A stretch of 64,000 bases of DNA, the filler included, from Globobulimina sp. (taxonomy: Eukaryota), in assembly GCA_003354225.1 (NCBI GenBank). It is 11 parts of 11 records of this genome, joined end to end, with 100 filler letters (N's around TTAATTAATTAA, not from the genome) between each part and the next. Parts side by side here need not be neighbours in the genome. Positions count along the whole stretch, not along the records: positions 17,642 to 23,417 come from PIVH01000445.1; positions 23,518 to 29,286 come from PIVH01000446.1; positions 29,387 to 35,147 come from PIVH01000447.1; 8 more parts are not named here. One strand, 5' to 3'. How positions within the stretch are numbered: the stretch's first letter is position 1; each line of letters begins with the position of its first letter. Shown here piece after piece: positions 22,132 through 32,899 of this stretch. The position numbers and the translations under genes are program-made. Below the pieces are notes generated by a model that made no database searches, was not told the origin of the DNA, and was given only the letters and a program-made list of their open reading frames with translations.

Positions 22132-23367
22132 TCATTTTAATTCACAATTTATTAATGGATGCTCAACGCCCGGATGGAGGACGCAAGTATGTTCTTTGTA
22201 ACATAGCTTTTTTGCGGCTTTCTTGCAGTATCCATAGGCATTATAAAATGAGCAAAGTCTGCCATTTACATTGTATTTTACTCCTTTTGTTTTAACGATA
22301 TTAATAATGATTTTATTCGCGTGATATAATGATTTGTCTCTGTCTTTGTTTGGCGGTTTGCGAATGTTTTGATTATTGGGCGGATAATGCTGTTGTTTTG
22401 GATAGTTATTATTTGTATTTTGTTGGCGGTTTTTGTACCAATTATTATCGTAATTGTTTGGAGGTCGATAGTTATTGGGATACTGTTGGAAATCTGAGGG
22501 CGTCGTTGTTGGTGTTGCCGTTGGTTTAGTTGTTGGGATATTTGGTTTATAGAATTGTTCAGAGTCAAATGACATGAATTGGGACGATAAGAGGGAGCAT
22601 AATGACGTATTTGAGTATAAACTGCATTGAGATTGCATGAAATTGGAAGAAAACACAACAAAATACGAATTATTCATAGATATTGCATGTTTTACGCCTG
22701 AATTAATCCAAATATATAATGATGACGATGATATTTTGGGATTTTTAATTTGGATTAATATCAATTCTGCGCATTTGTTTAAGTCAAATGATTTATATGC
22801 ACAGAATGTGCGTATTGTGCGGTGTAACAATATTTCTTTCTTATTTAATGGTATTTTGGTGGTTAAATTGTCTGTTAATTGTCTGATAAATTGAATTATA
22901 AATTTGATTATGTTGAAGGCGTTCCATTTATTTTTAAATAATGATTTTAATTCGGACGTTGCGGATTTGTGGTCAATATTTTTTATTGTAGGATTTAAAT
23001 ATTTTGTTATTTTATAGGCTAAGTCATAGAATGTGAATGTGTCACAAACGAAGCCGCAGATAAACAGAATTAATTCGATTTTGATGGAGGTTTTATCAGA
23101 TTTGGATATTATGGATTGTAATTTGCTCGAATTTGCGGGGGAAAATATTTTAATTAATTTTGATAAATTGAAATTTGAATCTATTTACAATTTATGAATT
23201 TGGATAAATAATTGTTTGTATATATTGTCAATTATTTTTAAATTGAGTACCGCATTGGTAACAATCTTAAAATTTTTATTAGGAGAACCAGCAAAATAAC
23301 CCATTGCCACATTGGCGGATGTTATTGAGACTGGCATGTTGTTTGAATGTAGGATGTTATAAAACAT
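22132..23367 (-). CDS. Gag-like ORF1 with C-terminal Cys/His zinc finger; one in-frame TAA at 23187-23185
   Basis: The frame is open from 23184 to 22132 and is the same frame as ORF 23185-23367. C-terminus CSFYNAYGYCKKAAKKLCYKEHTCVLHPGVEHPLINC, preceded by an N/Q/P-rich linker. Confidence 0.75.
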
Positions 23368-23517
23368 ATACAGACAAACAATACAATCAATCGTAAGAAG
23401 TGGGGTCCGCCCACAGANNNNNNNNNNNNNNNNNNNNNNNNNNNNNNNNNNNNNNNNNNNNTTAATTAATTAANNNNNNNNNNNNNNNNNNNNNNNNNNN
23501 NNNNNNNNNNNNNNNNN

Positions 23518-24071
23518 ATTGATGGTATTATTTGTAACCACAATCGTTTGTGCAAGAAATCAAACAGTATATCATACATCATATGGTTGGGATGATAATT
23601 CGCCACCATCCGCGCAGATCGCGTATCCAAAAAGTGATGGTTATCCAACCAAACATAACCAAGCATATGAAGGCACAGGTATAGAATTATATAATTATAT
23701 ATATAACTGAATAGTTTATACAATTAATATTAATTAAAGGCACGTATGCGGATCCAATTACATTTGCAACCGACAAAGATGAGCTTGCCGTAGGGAGTAT
23801 TGTGTGGGTGGCAGATTTGCATAAATATTTTATAATGGAGGATGACTGCGAAGCGTGTGACTCAGATTGGAGGCATGGAAAATGGCATATTGATTTATGG
23901 ATGGGTCCCGGCAAAGCTTTGCCAGCAAATAAATTATATGCATGCGAGGATTATATCACAAAATCTGGTGTTACAATCATAATTGATCCTGCTCAGAATT
24001 TACCCGTTGATAAGACACCTTTAATCAATCCAAGTACTGCTGATTGTACTGCTGTAATATATAGAAATTAA
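23518..24071 (+). CDS. Small secreted protein, probably double-psi beta-barrel/3D-domain-like, resembling fungal and actinobacterial hypothetical proteins; 5' truncated
   Basis: Hydrophobic leader; YGWDDNSPP...GTG|TYADPITFAT...KYFIMEDDCEAC..DW...HIDLWMG; frame-compatible intron 23679-23739. Confidence 0.6.
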
Positions 24072-24409
24072 TGTATATACATAGTTGCGATATTGCGTAT
24101 AAGTCATCAAACTGCACTTCATCAGTTCTTGTTAGTTAATACATTCGATAAACAATTGAGGCCATTAAAACAAAAATAAAAAAAGTATGAATATGAACAT
24201 GATAGACGATTGATAGTTAGATGATAATTTTTTATATGGATTCGACTGATTTTCTTTTTGTTATTAATAAAAGCTAAAATAAAATAAAAATACAAACTAA
24301 CATGAAAAATATTAAAATAAAATTGAAAAAAATAAGAAAAGAAAAAAACAAAACATTTGAAAGTTAACTTTCCTGCATATTGTAAAAATACTTTTTTCAC
24401 TCAAATTTA

Positions 24410-26470
24410 TTAAATTTTCCTGAAGATTTTAATTGAAGATTCGTTGGATTCATTATAATTTTTATTGTTTTCGAGCACATGTTGTCTCATCAAATTTCTT
24501 TGTTTTGTCCATCGATCAATATTCCAATCAGTCCCAATTTGTAAACTCGGAAATTCATGAATTAAATCAAATAAATTCTTGTCACAAATTTCGAAAAATC
24601 TGCTCAATTTATCAAATGTATCGATGTCACTCAAATGATATGAATATTTCTGATTTTTAGTAAAAGTATTATTCGATAATTTCCTTTGATTTTCCACGCT
24701 CATAATTTGATTCATATTATTTGTATCTTTATAATATTCCATGCATTCATTCATTTCATCCTCGGATTTAGAATCGTTGATATTTACGATGCAATGAACA
24801 TATTTTGCTGAACGTACTATATTTTCATATAACCATTCAGATTGAACCAATTTCAATTTATAAAATGAAGATTTATCATTATATTCCTTCAACGATTTCA
24901 TCCAAATCAACACATTGATATAAGGGCACAAATCTGGAACAGCCAAATTTTGATATGAATGATCGCTCCATCCATTATGTTTGGACAAAGCAACTCTAAT
25001 AATTTCATTTCGAGTTTCTTCACTTTGGTTTGTTTGGTTCAATAAAGGAATCAGTTTATTTTCAATTTTTGCATTAAATATTTGTGACGATATCTTTCTG
25101 AATTCTTGATTGAATGCATAAATACTTCGTGATCCCGACAAACGGAAATTTTTCATTCGTGAATAACTTTGAGTTAATTTTTCACGAATTGAATATATAA
25201 AAATTGTTTCAGCGAAATATAATGACATTATTTGTGGAACGAATGGCTTTGTATTATATCCAGAACAGCGATCTCCTGAATATAATTTATTAAATGCCGA
25301 ATTCCATAAATCTGGAGAGATTCGCTGCAAATATTCATCAATCAAACAGTTAACATTTCTGACATTCTTTTTAATTTTACATAAATTGAGTTGGTTTTTC
25401 TTTGTATTATTACAAAAATAACATTTTGACCAATAAAATCGATCATATCTTTTTTTTTGATGACTGAATGATTTCAAATAAAATGCAAATAAATCATTTA
25501 ATAAAGATGTTCCTCCGTTGGTTGATCCAATCACAACCAAAGACGGGTGATTAGGCAATGTATTATTACTATTCTTTAATTCTGTCATTGTCTCCGACTG
25601 CAATGATTGCAACGATATCATATTATTTTCAGTCATCGTGTTTGTATTTTTGATCCAGTAAATGATGGACATCCAAACGAATGTAATATTAAAAAATAAA
25701 AGCCATTTCAAGTTGAAACGAGAAGCAGCATTTTTATTTTCACATTCATCCGTTACAATTACTGTATTTGTGCTGTGACTGCTCGTTTCTATAAAACGTT
25801 GGTGTACGGATATGAGATTATACAATTTTCCAGAAAGAGGAAGGTCATATGCATCCCTATAGAATCCCAACACATAAATGCTATTCTGAGCGGTTGCAAT
25901 TACTGACGGGTCCAATGGGGATAACATACCGTCATAATATCCAAACAAATCAGCACCTCCAAACGCAAATATTTTAGATACATCGACGATTGCTTTTGAC
26001 CACTGTCCCAAAACAATTACAGCATCTGATCCCATCACATATGTAGGGCTTCCATTATTGGCTAAGCAATTTCTGACAGTTAATGGCATTAAATATTTGC
26101 TCCACATGTCCAATATTAAAATTTGTGATGTATAGGGAGGACATTTCATATATGATAAAATAAATAAAATATCAATTTGTGGATTTTGGGGTATCTGATC
26201 ATGATATCGATCGAGACCAAGGTTTGATAGACCTGCGACATCACGTACTGTCATATCAGACCAATTGGGTGGATTTGGTACATCTAATACAAACTGACTA
26301 TACCATATACGATTTCCTTTGAAAATGAATATTGCATCATTCCAAAATCCTACAAATTTATTTTGTTCATCATTTGGCAAATTACCTAAATACGCACATT
26401 TTGTGACGGCATTCGCGGTGAATATATTTAAAAATAAGGTTGTTAATATTATTAATAATGTTGCTATCAT
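24410..26470 (-). CDS. Membrane protein: signal peptide, kelch-like beta region, TM segment, degenerate sulfotransferase-like domain
   Basis: Signal peptide from ATG 26470; IFAFGG and IYVLG strands; TM WLLFFNITFVWMSIIYWI; LVVIGSTNGGTSLL and FIYSIRE...SYS. Confidence 0.5.
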   Translation of the reverse strand: MIATLLIILTTLFLNIFTANAVTKCAYLGNLPNDEQNKFVGFWNDAIFIFKGNRIWYSQFVLDVPNPPNWSDMTVRDVAGLSNLGLDRYHDQIPQNPQIDILFILSYMKCPPYTSQILILDMWSKYLMPLTVRNCLANNGSPTYVMGSDAVIVLGQWSKAIVDVSKIFAFGGADLFGYYDGMLSPLDPSVIATAQNSIYVLGFYRDAYDLPLSGKLYNLISVHQRFIETSSHSTNTVIVTDECENKNAASRFNLKWLLFFNITFVWMSIIYWIKNTNTMTENNMISLQSLQSETMTELKNSNNTLPNHPSLVVIGSTNGGTSLLNDLFAFYLKSFSHQKKRYDRFYWSKCYFCNNTKKNQLNLCKIKKNVRNVNCLIDEYLQRISPDLWNSAFNKLYSGDRCSGYNTKPFVPQIMSLYFAETIFIYSIREKLTQSYSRMKNFRLSGSRSIYAFNQEFRKISSQIFNAKIENKLIPLLNQTNQSEETRNEIIRVALSKHNGWSDHSYQNLAVPDLCPYINVLIWMKSLKEYNDKSSFYKLKLVQSEWLYENIVRSAKYVHCIVNINDSKSEDEMNECMEYYKDTNNMNQIMSVENQRKLSNNTFTKNQKYSYHLSDIDTFDKLSRFFEICDKNLFDLIHEFPSLQIGTDWNIDRWTKQRNLMRQHVLENNKNYNESNESSIKIFRKI

Positions 26471-26583
26471 TGAATACAAATAATTGTTGCGTATATTTGA
26501 AACCGTATAGAATGGGGATGAAGATCGAGAAGGCGAAATATTTTAATTTAGTGTAAAACGTTTTGATTTGCTAGTACGTGATC

Positions 26584-28995
26584 ATGGCAGATGTCACACT
26601 CCATCCACAAACACTATCACAGCCTAAAAACAACCCAAATCTCCAAACCCATGAAGGCAAAGAAGAACATGAAGAAAAAATTGTATTATCCCCACTCATC
26701 GTAATAATATTGGAAAATCCATTGTATTCAATTGATCCCTTACTACTCATTCGAATATGTTCTTTTTTAGACATGTTATCCGTTATGCGATTTGAATGTG
26801 TGTCGTTACGCTTATCTAAATTTCTAAAGAAAAATATCAAATTGCAATCTTTGCACGAAACAAACACGGATTACCTCATCGACAATGCTCTCCATAACCT
26901 GACACATCACCAATACCCAAATAAAGCGGAGCAAAAAGCCAACGAAGAACAAACAATACCAATTTACAGCGAATTAAGATACCGATTTCCAAACCATCAT
27001 CAATATGATCATTACATATTACTCGAAACAGACAAAAATATATTTGCAGGATATCAACACATCAAACAATTGTATTTACGCATAATTCCACCCAATGCCA
27101 CAGATTTGATATCCAATCCATCCTCTTCGTATTTGAGCAAATTCCATAAACATAAACAAGAAAATCAAACCGATTCCAAACAAGCAGAGGAGGACCATGA
27201 CCAAGACGATAATATGGATTATTTGCTGCTCAATTCTGCGAAAAAGAGGGATTTTTCGAGTCGTCCGCCCATCACAAAAGTAGAAACGTCCATATATTCG
27301 CGCTCAATATTTGCGTATTTCGACCATTATTTTCAGAAAATCAACCATTTAATTATCGAATTTGACCCTTATTTATTTACAGCCACGTTTTTAACGTTTA
27401 ACATCCCAAAGATATTAAGCAAAATTACTAGATTATCATTGATAAAATCATTGCAATCACATTCCAACACATTTCCAATGACATCGCGCGATATATATTG
27501 TCATGAATGTGTATCGTTGTTGCAATATACGCGAAATTTGAAGGAATTGATCTTCAATTTTCCATTAAGCAGTGATTTTTATCCCGTTATAAATAATTTA
27601 GAATCCTTAAAGGTGCGTAAATAGTTTTTCGTTTTTCTAGTTTGAAACTGAACGCAATTTTTATTTGCAGTTTGAAATTGATTTTTGAGTTTTTTTGTTT
27701 TTTTTCATATTTAGGTAATGCATCGAATCGGAATAGAAGCAGCGGACGAAAATATATACAGTCCCTACGCACAAAACATAGTGACCATCAACGAAAACAA
27801 CACGACGATAATCTCCAATGTGAAATTGCAAGAATCGCTGATCAAATACTTCAGTCCCTCCATCCGCTCGTTGCACTTACATGGCAGCAAAGGCCTATTG
27901 AACGCATTCGGTTTATTGACGGCAATGGACGACGAGACCTTAACGCAATCCATTTGCGAGAAAAATAAAGTTTTCTTTGGTTTGCACGAGCTATGCATCC
28001 ATTGCAGCGAATCCATTTATGATTTCTTATACAAATATATGTCGATTGTGCCGCAGTTGAAAAGATTGCAATTAGTATTTGGTAAAAACAGCAACGTTTC
28101 CTCTTTTATCGCAATCTTAAAACACTTCCATGCCAATTGTGTGCTGAATATGTCCTACAACGCAGACAGAGATAATTTATTGCAGTATTATTATAATTAT
28201 TATATTTATTATGGTTTGGTTTCGCCGATTTCGAACCAAGCCAAACAGCTACGATTTTTATATGTGATTACAAAGAAAACGACGCATTCTCAGAATTATA
28301 ATTTATTGTCGCAGTTAGCTGCGTTTTTACGAGATACGAAAATAAGTTTGTTGCATTTTCGATTATTGATACAATATTCGTACTGGAACACCAATGATTT
28401 GATGGCTGTGATTCAATTATTTGCCGGCAATCCTTTTATTTTCGGGCGGGATTCCATTTCGTATCAAATTATAATGCCATTACAAAGGAGATATAAACAA
28501 TCGTCGCAGTCGCAAATTAAAAATCAAATTAAAAATATCGCGGATGAGTATAAATATAAAGAACATGAAAAATATAAATCCATTCCGGCTGGCAATGATA
28601 TGGCAGTTTTGCCGCCTGTGATTGATGGAAATTCATTGAAAGGCATTGCCTCATTTGTTAAGCAAAAAAATGTGGGCAAATTGCAAGTGATTACATCCCC
28701 GAAAGTGAATGGAATGAAGAAGGATGATTCGGATATTGTAATTGTTGAGAAATTGCCGGTTGCCGTTGAAGCAAAAGAAAAGTATGAATGTTATAAAGAT
28801 TTTGTATATCGACAAAACGAGGAATATAAGAATGAGAATAATCATCGTAAAATATACAAAGATAAAATTACACACAATTTGTTGTCACAAAATGGTGATG
28901 ATGTTGAGGTTGAGAATAATGATTTTTTTGTAACCAAACATGTAAATCATTCAAAATGGATCAATGAATGCTATTATTGTGATCTCTTAAAATAA
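26584..28995 (+). CDS. F-box protein with LRR-like region, two exons
   Basis: F-box-like IDPLLLIRICSFLDMLSVMRFECVSLRL; LxxLxL repeats; phase-0 intron 27613-27714. Confidence 0.65.
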
Positions 28996-29417
28996 CAACA
29001 CTTTTAAATAATATTTTTTTAATATATAATTATGATATGAAGACTTGCATTTTAAAACCAAACCTTACTCTTTGTTTTGTTTAACTTCCATCAAAATCAT
29101 CAAGAACTTGCTTAACCGCATTAAAACCAGTTGTTTAATAAAGTTCAAACGGTGTTCTAAATATTTATCAAAAAAAAAATTAAGATTCCAATTTTTTTGT
29201 TTGTATTTTTGTCATTGGAATAAATGATGAAAAATATCATGAAGTGCACCATACATCATCATACTATCGAATAGATGATAAAAAACNNNNNNNNNNNNNN
29301 NNNNNNNNNNNNNNNNNNNNNNNNNNNNNNTTAATTAATTAANNNNNNNNNNNNNNNNNNNNNNNNNNNNNNNNNNNNNNNNNNNNTCATAGCAACATAT
29401 TTACCATTTTATTTGCG

Positions 29418-30104
29418 ATGAGTGCGCAATCTGTGTCATACGCAGACCATCGAATTCGTTTGTTATTAACAAATGAGAAACAACGAAGATTAGGTTATGA
29501 TGAATACAAAGAAAAATACAAAAATAATATGGAATTAGCATTTGGTAAAGATGAAGATACCGAAAATAAAAAATTTAGAAAGGAATTAGATAAAGAAAGA
29601 GAAAAAAAATTATCGCAAGGTTTAAATCATAAAAAATTACGAAAAAAATTAAAAAAATCCAAAAAGGAAAAAAAAAGAAAGGATTCAAAAAAACATAAAT
29701 CATCAAAAGCTAAAAAAAGAGAGAAAAAAAGAAAATATCGCAAAAAACATGATGACAAAACACAAAAAAAGGACAGATCTCGAAGGCGTGATGTTGGCCG
29801 ATATGATTCCTCGCATTCTGATGATTCAAATTACAGTCAACATTCCAATTCATCAACTTCTCATTTTGTATGTATTATGTTATTTGTTTAAAAATTATTA
29901 TCCTTACACTGCACTGCATTATTTTTATAGAGTGATTACAACGACAAAACAAGAAGAAAACACCGGAAACACAGGAAATATGATAGAGATTCAAGGGATT
30001 CATACTCGAGATCGAGATCGAGATCAAGATCACGTCACAAAGACAGGAAAAATAGAAAAAACAAGGACAAAAAAACTGAAGTTTGGTGGAAATCATCCAT
30101 TTAA
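29418..30104 (+). CDS. FAM133-like Lys/Arg/Ser-rich nuclear protein, two exons
   Basis: YDEYKEK...KFRKELDKEREKKLSQG, then a K-rich tract; phase-0 intron 29868-29930; exon 2 has SRSRSRSR and stops at 30104. Confidence 0.5.
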
Positions 30105-30598
30105 TCGGAATCAAAAAAAGAATGCGTTATCCAATGTGATGAGACATAGGATTGATGATATTGCTTCAAATGATAGTTACTAGGCAGGCAATAATATTGT
30201 ATCCATCTCTCTATTTAAAATTTGCGGACTTCTCAGTGAGTGCATCACATCCACTCAAAAAATCATATGTAGCTTATTTAATTTATTTTTTGGTGTTTAA
30301 AAAAACTCAAAAAAATTTCATAGACCTATACAAAATACGCCGGGAAAATAATGGTGATAAAGAGCAAAAATAAAAGTTGTCAGGATGATAAAAGAAGCAA
30401 TTTCCCAAGACAGCATTTCCGAATCCTATGTTTTTAGAACATTTCCGATTCCATACGATATAACACACTTATCTCAGGACCTAAAAAAAATGACAAAAAT
30501 ATTTATAATCAAACAAGAGTTTAAACCCACGCAACGCTAAAAATATATAAAGTAAATGAGACAAATATTTATGTGTAGTTAGTTGAATTTAATATCAA

Positions 30599-31975
30599 TT
30601 ATTTGCAAGTTACGGCAACTTTATAATGATTACGTGCTTCGTTTTTTGTGCTTGTTCCATATTTCTTTTTCCATTTCATTGTTTTTTGTGGCAACACTGT
30701 ATCATTCTCATTTTGATTGTTTACACACGTAAATGCACAATTTTTAGTCATCTTTAATGTATTTATTTGATCTAAATCAGTCACAATAATATCAACCCAT
30801 ACTCGCGGACCAAAAAATCTCCCATTTTTTTGCAATCGAAAATACGTACAATATCTACCAGATTGTATTGGCGTTTTAATAGTCGCAGATATCTCAATCC
30901 CTTGACCAGACTGCGCATTAATTACTGGATATCGATGATACAAACTTAACGTTGCATCACCTTTACAATATACCAATTCTACATTATATCCCCACTCACT
31001 TTCCCCACAATTTCTCATTGCCCTTTTTTTCAAAAAAAAAAAACAGTAAAAAACTTAAACAAAAACACTAATAAACAATTTATAAACAACGCTACCATGT
31101 TTTTGTAAGAATAGTATTTGGAGGATATTTATCTCTGTTTGGAAGAGTGACATGTCGTATAAATTCAGCCAATAATTTTGTTGTTTTACTAAATCTGTAC
31201 GATACATGCATATGCTTACTATTATTATTATTATTATTGTTTCTCCGTTGATAGTTATGATTTGCCTGATTTCTCCAGTTCTTATCATATGCACGTTTGT
31301 CTGAATTATTATTATTATTAAAATAACGTTGCTTTGGTTTGAATGGATCTATGCGTTTTGTTTTTGTTTCTTTCTGAATTGGTTGAGTATCGATTATATC
31401 TTCTTCTTCTTCATCAATCAGACACCACTCATCTTGTAATTCTTCAGTTTCTCTCTCAAAAATGGGTTTATTCATAATGGCAGTATATGGAGTGTATGGA
31501 GTAAATGGCGGAGCAGATGGATTTAGAGAGGATTGCAGTGGCTGCGATATCTGCGGTGTTGGCGGTGTTTGTGTGGCAGAATAATTTATGGAAAATGGAT
31601 TCATTGGACTGACGGAAGGGAAATAAGTTGGATACTGCAATGGTAATGATTGTTGAATTGCAAATGATGACGGAAGTGCAGCGTGAACTGTTGGTACATT
31701 TGATTTGTTATCAATGGATACTAATAAGTCTACGGGTAATAAATATTGCGTTGTGCCATCTGTTTGATTTTGAGCAGTTTCATTTATTTTATTGGATTTA
31801 ATTATTCTGTTTAAGATATTATTGAGTGTATTATTATCAATTCCTGCGATTGCTGGCTTCATTAACGGATGACGCTGGACATTATTCTTAGTTTGAATAA
31901 AACATTTGAATGTAGATAAATAAATACCTCATCTCTGTCAATAATTGTGTTTCTAATATTTGGCTTATTTGCCAT
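30599..31975 (-). CDS. NBR1-type FW (Ig-like) domain protein, three exons
   Basis: AEFIRHVTLP...TILTKTW|AMRNCGESEW...TPIQSGRYCTYFRLQKNGRFFGPRVWVDIIV; frame-compatible introns 31887-31927 and 31023-31095. Confidence 0.85.
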
Positions 31976-32899
31976 TTTGTAAAAATTATTTGCAGGATCC
32001 AGTTGTGGTATTTCCGAATTCAATTAAAAATGAAAACAACTTATCACTTTAAAACAAACGCAATGTGATCCGTACGACACAGATTCACACGGTTTTTAAA
32101 CTTGTAACTGAGGTAGAGAATTAATGTTTGAGTTCAGAGACTACTCTCAGACTAGATCGAGTTGGCTATTCTATCTAATTAATATATCCTCCTGAATCCC
32201 GATTACAATTCAAACCGAATATAATATGCATATAGTTATTTATATAGAATTAGAAACACGCGATTAATGTGTAAATGAATGGAAGGATATATGACCACTG
32301 TATTATAAAAACAATTTTTTGAGATGCATGGTGGACAGACAATAGAGTTAAGCAATTATGATCGAACGGAAAAAAATAAGTCATAAAAAAAAGCGGACAC
32401 AGCTAATGTTAATCAGAACCGCAGGCAAACGAAGCCTTGAAGCATCCTAATGTTTACTGGCCAGTTTTGAATGCATATTATATGCACGAACGAGGCTCAT
32501 GACGTAAACCAGCGGGGACGAACATAGATTCTATTATGATTAATGCACTAAACAGATATCCTAACCAAATCCTATAACACTATATCTGCTGTATACAGTT
32601 GAAAGTAGAATGTATTACTTTGGGTTTTATTTGGAGTTAATACAGAAAGATCTCCAACAAATTATTAGTTAACATAACCGTAGTTGTTGTTGTGGTTACC
32701 TAGGTAGTATTACATGATTGCATTGGTCAACGCAATCACTACAATCGACTGTATGGTGAATGTTATAACTGGATCGGCTTATTCTGTCAACCGATTACAA
32801 CGCATAGTTATAGTACAAAAAAACCACAGGAATTTGTTTGTGGGAATATGACCCAGATTTATATGCAATTAAACAAAAAAATATTATTATTAAAATATT

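Larger units (their letters stand above)
17642..23417 (-). mobile_element. Tyrosine-recombinase (DIRS order) retrotransposon, Ngaro-like: gag, RT/RNase H, YR; fills the whole contig
   Basis: Three same-strand ORFs in the canonical order: gag with a Cys/His finger, DIRS-type RT-RNase H with no methyltransferase domain, then tyrosine recombinase. True terminal repeats are not visible within the contig. Confidence 0.9.

Noticed and set aside
17880-23385. 12-bp inverted match (TGTATTGTTTGT at 17880-17891 versus 23374-23385) as terminal inverted repeats
   Set aside because: Short, low-complexity and not extendable; compatible with chance in AT-rich DNA.
11763-23417. Functional linkage of the NTase-SAM gene with the neighbouring retrotransposon (defence-island-like)
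   Set aside because: They sit on different contigs; adjacency reflects only contig length ranking.
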